From Fistulifera solaris (taxonomy: Eukaryota), in NCBI GenBank assembly GCA_030295235.1, contig AP026155.1:124001-188000 (forward strand): 64,000 nt of DNA. The letters run 5' to 3'. Under the pieces are notes generated by a model, which was not told where the DNA came from, ran no database searches, and saw only the letters and a program-made list of their open reading frames with translations. Made by a program: the position numbers and the translations under genes. Position 1 is the first letter of the stretch. The number at the start of each line of letters is the position of its first letter. This document shows positions 1-13,301 of the stretch, piece after piece.

Positions 1-65
1 AACGAAACGCTGGAAACGTTCGATCGCTTGGATACAAAAAAAAGAAGAAAGGGAAAAACAACACA

Positions 66-3058
66 ATGTGGAGAATCACATGGCTTTTATTAGCGCCTGT
101 TTTACTAGGCTACCAAGCCGAAGCACGTGCGATTTTGGGAATTGATTTGGGTAGTGTCTATATGAAAGTTGCCTTGGTGCAATCGGGAAGTCCGCTCGAA
201 ATTGTTACCAATCTACATTCGAAGCGAAAAACGGAACAAATGATTCTCTTTGATGGAAAAGATCAGCAACGATTTTATGGAGCCGATGCCGATGCCTTGT
301 TAGCGCGGAAAGCCGCAAGTACACCCACCAGTATGAGTGTCATGTTGGGACGGGAAGAACAACATCCGGCCGTCAAAGTATGTTTCATTCAACTATTTCA
401 TAGTTTTGGTTGCGTCCAATTCTTCCCGTTCTTACGTTCTTTCTCATAACCTTCCTCCTTCTTTTCTTCCGTTAGGTCCTCGCGGAACGATATTTCCCCG
501 TCACTCCCTATTACAACGAAACGCGTTGGGGTTTGTCCGTACAACTCGGCAAGAAAGAGACGGATCCGATCTACACACCCGAAGAATTAGTGGCCATGGT
601 ATTGCAACATGCGGTAGACATTAGTACCGCGTACGCGGCCGAACAGGGTCACGCCAGTATGTTGCCTCCGAAAGATATTGTCATTACCGTTCCATCCTTT
701 GCCACGCAACGAGAGCGTATGGCATTGTTGGATGCCGCGGCGTTGGTGGATTTGAATGTCTTACTCTTAATTGATGACAATACGGCGGCCGCACTGCAGT
801 ACAGTATGGACAAGACGTTCGCGGATGCGACCAATGAGCATTCGGAAGATCAGTGGATTCTGTTTTATAATGTTGGAGCGACTTCGGTGCAAGCCACACT
901 GGTGCACTTTTACTCGTATTTGCAGCCACAAAAGTACGGAAAGCCAAAACGTGTACCCACCGCCGAAGTAGTCGCCAAAGCGTGGGATGCCACCGCCGGT
1001 GGCTTGGCCTTGGATCATGTATTGGTAGAACATTTGGCAAACGCCTTTGAACAACAAAATCCGCAAATGAAGGGTTTGCGTGAGAATGTCCGGGCCATGA
1101 CCAAGTTGCGCATTCAAGCCAATAAGATCAAGCACGTATTGAGCGCCAATGCGGATATTCCCATCACTTTGGACGCCTTGCACAATGATGCCCCGTTGCA
1201 GCAACACATGACGCGTGCTGAATTGGAAAATCTTGCGGCTCCTTTGATTCAGCGAGCTGTGCAGCCAGCATTGGACTGTCTCCAGCGAGCCAATAAGACA
1301 ATTGCTGATTTGACGGCGGTGGAATTGATCGGTGGAGGTATGCGTGTTCCGGCCATCCAGAGTGGTTTGCAGGCGGCGTTAGGCTTGGAGGAACTTGGTT
1401 TGCATATGAACTCGGACGAAAGCATGGCCTTGGGAGCGGCGTTTGCGGGTGCTAATCATAGCACAGCGTTCCGTGTACGACACATTGGTTTGGTCGACGT
1501 GTGTCCCTTTGCTTATCAAGTTACTCTCAAGGATCTGAATCCTGATAAGAAGAGCGACGAGTGGAAGAAGCAGACCACTATGTTCAAGTCGTTTGGGAAA
1601 TTGGGCATCAAAAGACGATCACCTTCACACACGAGGCGGATTGCCTGTGCCAATTAGACTATTCCGAGGATGCGGAGCATGTTGGGTTGCTACCGGAAGG
1701 AACGGAGCGTTCGTTAGTCGAATACTCTATTACGGGCATTGCTGACTTTGCGACGAAAATGAAAGACAAGGGAGCTCCCAAGATTTCGCTGCAGTTTGAG
1801 CTGACCGCGTCGGGTATCGCGCACCTCGTCAAGGCGGAGGCGTCTGTGGAGGAAACGTACATGGCACAAGAAGAAATTGAAGTGGACGATGAAGAGGCTA
1901 CAACGGAAGAGGAAGCTGCCGAACCGGCCAAAGACAAGGCTGAAGACGATGCAGCAGATAAAGATGAAGCTTCGGCAAGTACTTCTGAGAATAAAGATGC
2001 TGACAGAGCGGACGAGACTGACAAGAAAACTGACGAAGAAAAGAGCAAAGAAAAGTCTAAGGACAAGAAACCCAAAGCAAAACCTAAGAAACGCATCACA
2101 GTAGAGAAGGTACGTTTTTATCATGGCAAAACTATCTACTCGCTGTGCTCACTGATTTGACTCACTCACTCAGTTGTTCGGTACCTTACACAAACCACCC
2201 GCCTTTGTTTCTAAGGAAAAAACGCGCATCATTAAAGAAACTCTGACCGTGACAGCGCGAAACAAGGGCAAAGTCCAGCCACTTTCTCCGGAACTTTTGG
2301 AAGCGTCGCGCGCCAAACTCGCGGCTCTGGCCGAAAAAGACAAGCTTCGCATTCTCCGAGAAGAAACTCGCAACAAATTAGAATCGTACATTTACAAAAT
2401 CAAAAACACCATTCAAGATGTGGAGGGGATCAAAGAGGTTGCAACAGAAGACCAACTGCAGGAGTGCATGGATTTGGCCTTGGCCGCACAAGAATGGATG
2501 GATGACGACGGATACGGTGCGGACATTGCTACGATGGAGAAAAAGTACACGACTCTTTCGGACCCATTCGAAAAAATCATGTTCCGATACAAAGAGAAAG
2601 AAGCTAGACCCGCGGCCGTGGCCGCCTTGCAAAAGCAGCTAACGGATATCGAGAAGCTTATGGAAAACTGGTCGACCAGCAAGCCACAGGTAACGGAGGC
2701 TGAACGGGCGGAAATCTTGGAAGAGGTAGAATTGGTCAAAAAGTGGTTGACAGAGAAGGAATCGGAACAAGCCGCCAGACAACCTCACGACGAGCCTGCC
2801 TTCACGAGCACGGATGTTCCCAAAATGATTCGAACGGCCGAAAAGAAGATTTTACTGCTCAGCAAGAAACCGAAACCGAAGCCACCAAAGAAAGAAAAGA
2901 ATGAAACGAAAGCGGAAAATGAAACCGCCACGGAAGGAGAAAGCTCCGAATCATCAGCCGATGGTTCGTCCGAACAACCGGCGGACGAGAAACCCTCGGA
3001 CGATGCTAATGAGGCGAAGGCTGACTCGACCGAGACAGATCCCAGTGATGAACTATAA
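66..3058 (+). CDS. HYOU1: ER-luminal Hsp70/Hsp110-family chaperone (GRP170/HYOU1/Lhs1-like)
   Basis: Signal peptide, then ILGIDLGS, ITVPSF, LIDDNTAAAL, ELIGGGMRVP, NSDESMALGA and RNKLESYIY motifs, ending in SDEL*. In-frame introns at 378-475 and 2110-2215. One homopolymer frameshift near 1612 (GIK-KTITF). Confidence 0.93.
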
Positions 3059-4399
3059 TCAATAAATAATGCTTTTCAAGATTTTACATCTAATACGCCT
3101 TGTGGATGGAGTGGGAACGATTGTTTGAGACGTGTAGTAACCGACCAGTACCGGGCCGGTTAAGTCTTGTTTACAGGCCGCTGTGGTTAGTATCGGTTGG
3201 GAAGTTCGCGGGTCTCTATCATTGGGAAAGAAAAAACAGTCTCCGTTCCGTTATCGTAATACGAGATACTCCAAGGATGTTGTTCTGTACATATTTAGAG
3301 TATTCACTGTGACGTAGTGTCGCTATGACTATACCAGTAGGATTTACAAGACACAGAGTTTTCGTTGTACGTTGCAGTCTTTGTTTGTTCCGTTGAAAAA
3401 CAATATAGAAAATTCCCGAGAGCGTTACGTACCAAGTACCAAACCCGATTCCAACCAATCGGCCAAAGCAAAAATACCAACCACATCGAGAAACACTTTC
3501 CAATTTCTGTTGCAAGACGGCGTTTGCCATAAATTCATTCTTCTTTTCAACGTGTAAGTCAAGTTGAACAAATAAATCCATATCGAATGACAATCTGCCT
3601 CGGGATAGTGCTGCAACGATGTTATAAAAGTCACCTCATGCCATGGACGGCGGAGAGTTTTCTTGGTTTTCTGGGTGAGCCGTTGTGAATACCGTATAAA
3701 ATTTCGACACTATGGGATATACTGATACAGTGCTCCCATTCGTCTAAATGGAAAACGTCGCAACCGATGGAACCCTCCTATTTTGAATCGACCATGGTGG
3801 AAAGAATGGCTTTTGACCACACAATCCGGCCTTTTCATCCCATTGAATCAATCAAAAATATGCGTGATGAAAAGAGATGAATGCTGGACGCTTTTATTAT
3901 CGCAGTTTGTCATGTTTATGTCATGCTTTTGTCTTTTCTGTACCCGTGACTTACATCGATCCTATTTTCCTTTTTCTTGTCTATTCAATTACTTTCCTTC
4001 CGTTTGCCTCTCTCTTCTGTTTGAAATATATGTGACATGCTATTTTACAAAATTGGTGGCTTATTCTGTTTCCATGGATCCTGTTATCCCACTTTCCATC
4101 ATGTGTGAATGTTTTCACGCCGGCGCCGTGGGTGCGGTTTTGAATTTCTACGTGACGGCTGGTACATTTTCTACAACACAACAATGCTCGGATGATTTTT
4201 GGACGTGAAATTATTTTTCGCAACCGATACTCCTTTGCTCGAAAACATTATCACAATTCCCCATCTTTCGTTTTCCTTCAATTCATTTCCATCCATAACC
4301 ATCGATCGATATCCATCAATCACATTACAACCAAACGATCCCTGCCCATTTCTCTCCCATAATCTCGGAAAACGCTGCTGGCAATCTTTCAAACAAAAC

Positions 4400-6590
4400 A
4401 TGCAGACAAATAAGCAATCTACCACCACTTGTCGTCCTCCGAGCTTTTCACTAGCTGCTCCACCCGGATTCGTCACATCCATGGTTCCTCCTTGTTTACC
4501 AACAGATCCTCTACAATCGATAGAGGCCTCTAATCGGACGGCGCGCGGGTCACCGGAAAAACCCATAAGAAATCTCAGTGAGGCCTTTGAGGCATTGTAT
4601 AGTGACGACTCGACGGCGGCTTCCAAGAGTATGGTTTCTCCGACCGGAGTCACCGATTTGGAGCAGACTGCTGTAACTGAAAAAGACACGCCTTTCATGT
4701 TTCGGCTTCATCCCGATTTACAGCGTGAATTGACGGAACATCATTTACAGAGAGTCTCTATTTACAGTCTGGTGCACGATATCAATAAGGAAGCCGCCGC
4801 GATGTATGCGCAGGATCCTTTGTATAGCAAAAGAATCCTTCGTCCTCAGAAGACGCACGAGGTGTTGATTCTCCTCTTATACAATTCGTCAACGGCAACA
4901 CATTGGAAGGAAAAAATGATCGAGATACCCATAATCCTAGAATTGCCATTATTGACGAAGAGCAATGGCTGCTTTCCGCAATATCACAACGTTCTCCCGA
5001 GGAAATAGCCACCTTAAGTGTCTCACAGTACCCTCCTACCTTTTTACAAGCCATGGGGGAGAGAGAATACGAAAATTCCCTTCCAGCTACCCGAACACAA
5101 CTTTGGAAACCGAGTCGGTCTTGGTGGGAAGCCAAATCGGGCAAAAATCCTTGGATTGAACCCATTAGTCACAACAAGAGGTGGCGGTACGTTACAGCAG
5201 TTGTGTTTGAGCAACAACGTCGACTCTTTTTCTCACTATTTACCGCAGATATTTATGGCCGCTGATTCATTACCACAAATTTCTGGCCAAGTGCATCAAA
5301 AAGCTGAGGCGAAACGGTATTGATGTAAGACAGGCAACATCTCCGGTGGCGGTCTTTTTACGGGAGGAAGTCTGCGCCATTTCGGATCACCTGGCAGCGG
5401 TTTCTTTGTTTGGTTCCGAAGAATGGATGGCCTGTCTCGTTCATTTCACGGGCTGGATTAATACATCGGAAGAGGTGGAATACCAATATCGAGAACTAGT
5501 CTCGAAGATGCAACTTCGTTCGATCGAGGAACCAGGGGACATCAAAAGTCCACTGCTTCGCAGCCAAATTGAGGATCATTTTTGCGAGCCATCATTGCGC
5601 ATAGAGAGCAAATACGTGAGTCTTCTTTTGTACCGGAGAAGCCGACGAATGGCACGGAAAGCGCGATCGAGCAAACAGTAGGGGACTCGGCAGTGCCCCC
5701 ATCGCTACCTCGGGGATCGAGCGGCTCCATTCCTACACATATTCATGGCGTCCGACGTCCCCGCTATTACACGTGGTGGAATGGGAGCAAATGGGAGCAG
5801 ACGCAAACCATGCCAACACCCGACAACTCGTCGGTCCACTCGGCGTTGTCGAGTGATAGTTTCGTGCACAATGGCAATTCAACGCAAATGTACGGAATCT
5901 ATCCCACGCACCCTTACGCCTACTGTCCTCCACCACACGGGTCGGAGTCGCAATGGTCCGATGGAACGGACCCGATGGCGTATCCACCGCCCATTGAGGG
6001 CTATTATCCTGTTTACGGACCTGGCTACTATCATCCACACTATTTAGCCGCCGCACCCCTGACGGAGGAGCCTCCCCATTCGCCGGATCAGAGCGATTCC
6101 GCGTCTACACCAGAAGAAACAGTGCTGTATGCTTCGCCCTATTGGGCGCACCTGGATCAAGCCACGCTTTCTATGGGACTGGCGACTCCAGGAAAAGCAT
6201 CTCCTGCGACACCGCGGCGCAAGAATGAAAGTTTCGAAAAACGAGCTGTCCCAGTCCAAGGACCACTCATCCGACAGCACTATTATGCTTATGCACCAGT
6301 AAGTTATCGTCATGACGATTTTCATTTCATTCTGCCAAGCCTTAACTAACAGTGTCGCTTCTTTCCAGTATGCTCCACCCAACGCCTACGGACCGCCCTC
6401 TCCTGCCACCCAGTTCATGATGACGCCACAAGCGAGCTTTGCTTATAAATATGGTTATGGTACGCCACACCGGCTTCGCTCCACGCCTCGTCGTAAGGGA
6501 AAATCAAACACGTCACCGAGAGTTGCGTCTCCCTCTGCGGTTCCCACTCCAGAGAACGTAAAGGCTGGGTCTGAATCGGAAACTATATGA
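4400..6590 (+). CDS. Hypothetical protein with a W-rich block (WKPSRSWWEAKSGKNPWIEP...HNKRWRYLWPLIHYHKF) and a Pro/Tyr-rich tail
   Basis: Chain of overlapping + ORFs (4199, 4903, 5346, 5582, 6312). Intron 5187-5248 restores the frame, a probable intron lies at ~6299-6368, and there are several frameshifts. Confidence 0.65.
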
Positions 6591-6687
6591 TGATTTCCGA
6601 ATAGAATAGGATTGATAGTAATTTTTGAAATAGAGTTATAATAGTATTAAAGTGAAGGCTAACAATGTATACATTTCCGGATAACGC

Positions 6688-7867
6688 TTAGATAGCGGAC
6701 GGTAAACGTGGCTTTTTGTGATGATAACAGCAGTGTTGCCAATGGTGAATCGTTTCGTTGAGAGCGGGAACCAATGTCTCGTAGATGGATTCAATTGGCA
6801 AACAGACATGTTGGGCACGTGCCTTTTGTCGTTGTTCCAAGGTATCATGCCACAGATTTTGTACTCCCGTGTCGACGGCATGATAAAGAGTCCGGCCGCC
6901 CCGGTGAGCGATCCGTAAAAGCGAGGCACAAAGTAATGTTGCGGAAATATTTCGTACACGTGCGCACATTGGGGTAAAAGGGGATACTGACCAGCTGTGC
7001 ACCATGAGGACTGATCAATACATCGGTTTGTTGCATGGTCTGTACTTGCTGTTCGAACGACGCTCCATCGAAGGAATCGACCACTTGCACACGCGCGTGT
7101 AATTGCGATGCCAGTATTTCTTTCAAGGCCACGGCGTTGTACAAGTGCCGACCACTGGAAACTTCTCGATTTAAGATGGTTATGCGCGGTTGTGGCAATT
7201 TCGACAAGTGGCCGTGCGGGCCTTGACAACCAGCCATGGCGGGCCATTCGGGATGACGTTCGCGGATGGTCTGTTGCAGGTAGGCGAAATCACCCGGACT
7301 ACGAACCTGATAGCCACCGGTATAGTCTGCAGCATCGAAGGAGTAATTCACCAAAGGATATACAATCGAATGTCCCTCTCGTGTGTCAACAAACTCGACA
7401 CGAAAGACTTGTTGGAGCGTCTGCAAAAAGCCTGTGACAAATGGAGATGTATCTTTGACTGGAGGCCAGAGAAAGTAATGTTGTTTCTCAGGATTCCGTA
7501 ACCACCACGAGAAACATCGATAAATTTGTTGCATAATGTGCGGTAAATGCTTGGCATCTTTGGAATGTCGCAAAAATCGGCATGTCGCATCCGTAACATT
7601 CTCATCATGCCAGTGCTCTAGACCGGGTCCTTGTACGAAATTGGGGACGGGAGATGCTCGGGGAAAGTGAAATTCTTCTATTTGGGGTTTGCGGTTGCTT
7701 TGCTGGCAAATTGATTCTTTATCTTCGTTTTGAGAAAGGGAAACGCGTTTGTTGGGATTTTGTGGGCGGCTGAGCCAATACATGGTTATTATCACAAAAG
7801 CCACCGAAACGATGGACAGCTTCCGTTTCAGCGGCATGCTATGGAGATTGGAGTTGTTTCTTGGCAT
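6688..7867 (-). CDS. Glycosyltransferase family 61 (DUF563)-like type II membrane protein
   Basis: N-terminal TM anchor and the GT61 C-terminal signature ITILNR...SFEQQVQTMQQTDVLISPHGAQL...VYEIFP. Two frameshifts near 6980 and 6880. Confidence 0.85.
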
Positions 7868-8123
7868 ACTCTGACCTTTTGTTGTATTTTATTTGACGCT
7901 ATCAACTTGCTTTCATCTTCCAGAGCTTGCCAAAGGATGCACTCAATGATTTGTTCGGAAAATATAGAAGTGCGCATATAGCGATCCCGATGACTTTATT
8001 GCCTGATGGGATGACCCTTTTTATATTGAGGACATGATTTCCTCAACTGAGGACATGATACCATTGCGATATAGTCGTGACTAAATGCTGATAAGTATGT
8101 GTCAAGGTGTATGCGACCTTTTT

Positions 8124-8148
8124 CCACGACTGCAGTTCAGTCATGAAT
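8124..8148 (-). promoter_or_regulatory. Palindromic motif CATGACTG-N5-CAGTCGTG (copy 1 of 5)
   Basis: ccacgactgcagttcagtcatgaat. Near-identical copies at 19829, 36095, 48732 and 58281, all intergenic. Regulatory function is inferred. Confidence 0.55.
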
Positions 8149-8306
8149 TGCAGCATTCAACGCGATCGATATATCCGATGTCTCGCATTATATTTATTCT
8201 TTACAATGAACATGATAAAATCAGTAAGAATGCTATGAAGTATTGCTAATGATAGTATCAAAGGTCGCATGGATGAGGGCGGTTTGTGGCGATACGGACG
8301 GCTGCA

Positions 8307-8421
8307 CAAATTTTCTGTGGACTTGAATTTACCACTTTTTCAGATTTTCTGGGAACGTGGAAACACCAACCACCCAGATTTTCTGTATAGGTGAAAATAC
8401 CACTCACCCAGATTTTCTGGG
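8307..8421 (-). repeat. Degenerate 34-bp tandem repeat (~3.4 units, core CAGATTTTCTG)
   Basis: Units start at 8307, 8341, 8375 and 8409. It is the reverse complement of the repeat family at 19290-19490. Confidence 0.85.
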
Positions 8422-8739
8422 CATCTCCATGACCCGACGCTATCGTATCCAATAATTCATTACAGGTACCTGCCCTACCTTATTATTTGTTACACAATAA
8501 TTCACTAATAAGAGACAGCTATCATCACGGCAAAAGACAGCAGAAAGACGTTCTTGTAAACGCGATAACAGACGGCACGTGTCGCCACCCAAGAAGTAGA
8601 CTGGTGACTTGCAAACTATTTCGTGCCTTCTTTCTACACAATCCAAATAATTGCTATGCCGCGATTAGCACCGAAGGTACACACAGCAATATCGTAACGC
8701 TTTCCCGCCATAGACCTCCGGGTCATTGACATCAAGGCA

Positions 8740-9460
8740 CCGGATTCCGAACGCGCTCTGTTAACGCTTTCAACAGATCCTGCGGCTTTTGGGCCTTTGT
8801 CATGATAACATCCACTTGCATATGAATCGATCGAGAAATGAGCACGAAACCAAGGATTTGTCGTTCCCAACGACACTGAAAATCTTCGACCGCGCACTCA
8901 AAGCTGCAGAGTTGGGGCCGGACTTGCGCGCTTCTCAGCTCTGTTGGCAAAGGATAGATAAGACCATCATTCACGCAAGGATCCGCGACGTGCATCAATG
9001 CGCCATCAACGACATTACCCATATCTGTTATACGGATCGGTGTCTTTCGCGCCGTCGCGCTTGAAAAAAGCGACAACCTCAAGACTCTGTCCTTCTTTTC
9101 CTTCCCAGGCAATTTGTTGGCAAAGGCGATTCGGACCTCCCGACTTCAAACCCAATCACTCCAAGTAAAGAAACCTGTGCCAATGGGGATTCGATTGCGA
9201 AACTGCAAGCAAGCAATTTAGGATTGAATAGATTATTGGGCATCGATCCGACCACAATTTTCGTCTCCATATCAAAAAGTTCCGATGGTTTCCGTCGCAT
9301 CGGCTGCTACGTTGCCGACGACGTCCTCTTTGGCATGCAACTGGAATTTCCCTCTCGTTCCAAAGCAGCCGTCTCTGATCAAGGACAATATATGTTTCGC
9401 CTAGCTCGCTTCTCATCAAGAAGCTGTCCGAGTAGGTTTTTGTAGGCAAGCATTTCAAAC
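8740..9460 (-). pseudogene. Degraded partial duplicate of the adjacent secreted repeat-protein gene
   Basis: Fragments in three frames match the neighbour: CLPTKTYSDSFLMRSELGETYI vs CLPTSAYTGSFLVGTEPGETYTI; ETKIVVGS...AIESP vs ETKLVVGS...PIDSP; MGNVVDGALMHV vs LGNVTKDGLMHV. No 5' portion is present. Confidence 0.75.
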
Positions 9461-9807
9461 TGCCACTTTTCCTTTCGCCCTAGTAGCTTGGAGCTAAAGT
9501 CATAGGGCTCGCTCACGTTACGAATCACTACAAAAGAATTGTTCCATTAACATCTGGAAACGAACATGGAGGCATGATGGGTAATTTGAGGAAAAACCCG
9601 CTCATCAGGCTTTCTGCATTCCACCAGACGCATGGTACGCATGTTTTTACTTATTGACGCACAAAAATATAATCTATGAATTTATTCATTGGAGATGAAA
9701 AAATACTTCTGGAAAAGTAATTCGACAGTTTAGAGTGTCTATGGCTTATTCTTTTCAATTTACGTGAATTGTAGTTTGTATCTCATTGGTTACGCTCTTT
9801 TTGTTGA

Positions 9808-12800
9808 TTAGAAATAGAATGCTAAAATCATCGCAAAACCGGCCAAGAGAGACATTCCTCGAACCGCGCAAACACCCGAGTTGGCCTGAAGAGCACGAAT
9901 TCTTCGTCCTGGGCTTGGCGCGGGGACCGAGGTCGATGCTGCATCACCCTCCAGTGGGTAAACCGGATAACCATATCCAAACATTTTCGTGCTGTCTTCA
10001 TACACCATCAATACAAATTCGTCATCGGATTCCGAGCAGCATGTGGACACAACAATATCATAAGTTTCTCCCGCTACAGACGGCCAGGTGAGTGACCTAG
10101 GGGAGTAAGATTCAGAACGTGCCCCTTCAATGCATTCGACGGATCCGCAAGCTCCTTTGACGACTGTTACGGAAACATCCACCAATTGATTCATTGTCGA
10201 CTGTGAAATGAAAGTAGAAGCAACCAAGGATTTGCCGTTTCCAACGACGCTGAACACCTTCGACCGTGCGCCAGAAACGACGTAATGTCCTTCGTACTCA
10301 CAGATGGTTTCGTTATCATCGGTTCCGTTACCAGATGTTAAATATGACCAACCGTTTAAAGATCCGACGTGCATCAGTCCGTCCTTTGTTACATTACCGA
10401 GAGCTTTCACGTCGTTGCACGGATTGCCGGAATTGGAACTTTTACTGAATCGCACAGCAAAGTCACCGACTGCATTCATGTCACAGCAACCGTGAACGAC
10501 AAGGTAGAGACTTTGTCCTTCTCTTCCTTCCCAAGTCACTTGTCGGTAGTCATGTCTTCCATGACATTCAATGCCACCCGAATCATCGGCTTGGAAAGAG
10601 ACAACTGAGCCTCGAACCCAAAACCGGACACACGAGCAGTAAAGAAGCCTGCGCCTGTGTCAAGTTTGTACACGGCAGCTGGAGAATCGATTGGAGCGTT
10701 GCAAACGGGCGATCCAGGATAGAAGAGTCCAGCTGAATTCGATCCCACCACAAGTTTCGTCTCATTGCCAACGGATTCGATCGTTTCGGTCGCGTCTGCT
10801 GTTACGTTTCCAGCAACAACTTTCTTGGCATGCAAGTTGAATGTCCCTCCGTTTCCTCCGGCACTGCAGCAGTCTCCGATTAGAATGGTGTACGTTTCAC
10901 CTGGTTCGGTTCCCACCAAGAAGCTGCCTGTATAGGCGCTCGTGGGCAAGCATTCCAAATTATCGCAACCGCCCTTAACAACAGTCGCCTGGGGGCTAAA
11001 ATTGTAAGCTTCACTCACGCTGAACATATATGCACTTCCATCACCAGTTAGAGTAAAGGTTGCGGCACGGGTTACCACAGAAGAATATCCATATTCTTGA
11101 TTACATGAAGTGGGGAGTGAAAACAAAGGAGCAGAGACTGTACTACCCTCAAACATGGCGCCCTCGTCTGGAATAGTTCCCAAGTCAACCGCGCTTTTAT
11201 TTTCGCATATCTGCGTCGTTTCTAAAGGCTTCACGTCAACTTGAAAGTCTCCAGTTGAGTACCAGTCATAGCTATTGCCAATCAGAACGTGGTAGGTGAC
11301 TCCAGTTTCGGCATTCCAGACGGAAGCGGGAATCATGGGTTCAATTTCATAGCTGCTTGCTCCAGTAAGGCAATCGCTGTTATCGCAATTTGTTAAAACC
11401 GTCACCTGAGGGTAGAAATTCGATTGATCAGGCTTGACCGTGACCATCATTGGTCCGTCAACCTCTGAAACGAACGAAAAGACACGAGCACGCGAAAAGG
11501 TCGAATAAAAATTGCAAAAGTTCAAATCTTTGTAAAACTCAGCAAATTCCATTGAAGCATTGACCGTTCGACCTGCACTCCCCACTGTTCCTAAATCAAC
11601 TGCATTTTCGCAAGGGGTTTTGCTGGAGATAGGTGTTAACTTCAAGTCGAAAGACTCCCGATTTTCTGGGTAATCGTTATAGACCGCCAAGTAATAGGTT
11701 TCACCGGCCACCGTATCAAGAGCAAGATAACTGTTGTAGTTGTCGCCCTGGACGCATTGTGGCGTCTCATCGCAGGAACTAACATTAAAAAGTGCCAACC
11801 TCACTTGTCCGATATACACATTTGGGTTCGAATGAACAGCGTAGGCTACATATGTATTTCCGTCACCCGTAATCTTGTAGATCACCGCCGGGCTATTGAT
11901 AGGGCCAGTCACCGCAATATTATAGGACGATGAGATCGATGACGTTTGTTGATCTGGCGACGAGACGGTATAGGTTTCTTCGTAATAAACCTCCGAGTGA
12001 CAGGCGAAAAGTTCCTTGTAGACTTTTCCTTTCGAAAGGTCGACGGGCGTTGAAAAGTTGCCGGAAGAGAGATCCGCCTCTGTAAAGTCTTCGCAAATAT
12101 CACCATACCTGGTAGTATTCACCGTCAACCGAAAGTCCGAAACATCGGAGGAGCAACACGAGTAGACAGAAATGAGATAGGTACTCCCGGCTTCCTCATT
12201 GTGGAAGGTAAGCACGTTGTTGCTGCTACGAGGTATGGATAAATAATCTTCTTTTGGGACTTCCGTCGGGACTTGGGTAGGATTGGGAACCATGTCGTCA
12301 TCGTCGGCTGTATTTGTAGAATCTTCCGCATACATTGGGGGATAGCCGTATCCGCCATTCATCGGAGCGGTACAGGTGTAATTGCTCTCGCAACTTCCTT
12401 GATACACCGTTACATAGGAATCGCCACCTTCCACAATTACCGAGACGGAAACGTCCGGCTCATCAACAGTGATTTTGTAGAGAACTGAAGCTGATTGCGA
12501 TTGGTAGTCACACTGCGGAAGATCCGTGACGAACACGCTGTTCTCGGGCCCGCCCAGTTTCTGCAATGAGCCTGTGGTGGAATTGACCATCCCGAGATCG
12601 ATGGGAACAACCGCGCTGTCACTGCTGCAAATCGGATTCGTCTCCACCGTTTCCAGTTGGAGAATAAAGTCGCTAGCGGACAAGCTCATGAAGGAATAGA
12701 CAACAATGGTGTACAATTGTCCCGCTTTTGAGTGCCAACGGGCGCCTTGGTAGTACTGACCGGCAACACAATTGCTGGCGATTGCAGGGTCGATGACCAC

Positions 12801-13301
12801 ACTCTTGCTGTTCCCATTGTTGTTGTTATTGTTGTTGTTATTGTTTCCGTTGCCGTTGCCATTGTTTCCATTGTTGCCGTTGCCGTTGTTACCCGAGTTA
12901 GAGGTATCACTGGCAGCGGCACCCGTTTCACCGGGGCATCCTTCAAAGACAGCCACTTCACTGGCCGATCCAAAAGGACCGGAAAGCAAGAAGACATCCA
13001 ACATAGCCCCGGTGCCTTCAATCTGGTACACCGTGGCTGGGACGGGGGATTGCTGATAGAACGAGCAATCCAAGAAGGAGAAGATCTTGGAATGAGTTCC
13101 GGCAATAATTGTGGGATTGCCATCCGTGGGAACAGTGAGTCCAGTGGTGTCTCCACAAAGAGAACCCACTTCAGTGAGAGGGATTCCCACAGAAGCAGTG
13201 AGAGGCGGTCCGGTTGGAGAGAAATCTTCGGCGGCAGTCCAAGGAAGGACACCACAGAGGATGATCATCGACGCCTTGAGCGATCGTACGTCAAAAATCA
13301 T
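9808..13301 (-). CDS. Large secreted/cell-surface protein (~1160 aa) of tandem Cys-containing beta-rich modules (PPC/CUB-like) with a hydrophobic C-terminus (possible GPI signal)
   Basis: 921-aa ORF joined to the 243-aa ORF by a frameshift near 10540. Signal peptide; about eight repeats of C...DLG...GxC...C...GxTYxIxV; Asn/Gly low-complexity insert at ~12815-12895; C-terminal MSLLAGFAMILAFYF. Confidence 0.75.

Noticed and set aside
3044..3058. Non-canonical ER retention signal SDEL
   Set aside because: xDEL variants are common for ER proteins in this lineage.
3100..4200. Short ORFs between HYOU1 and the next gene
   Set aside because: The region is AT-rich with no motifs or codon-like pattern, so it is treated as intergenic.
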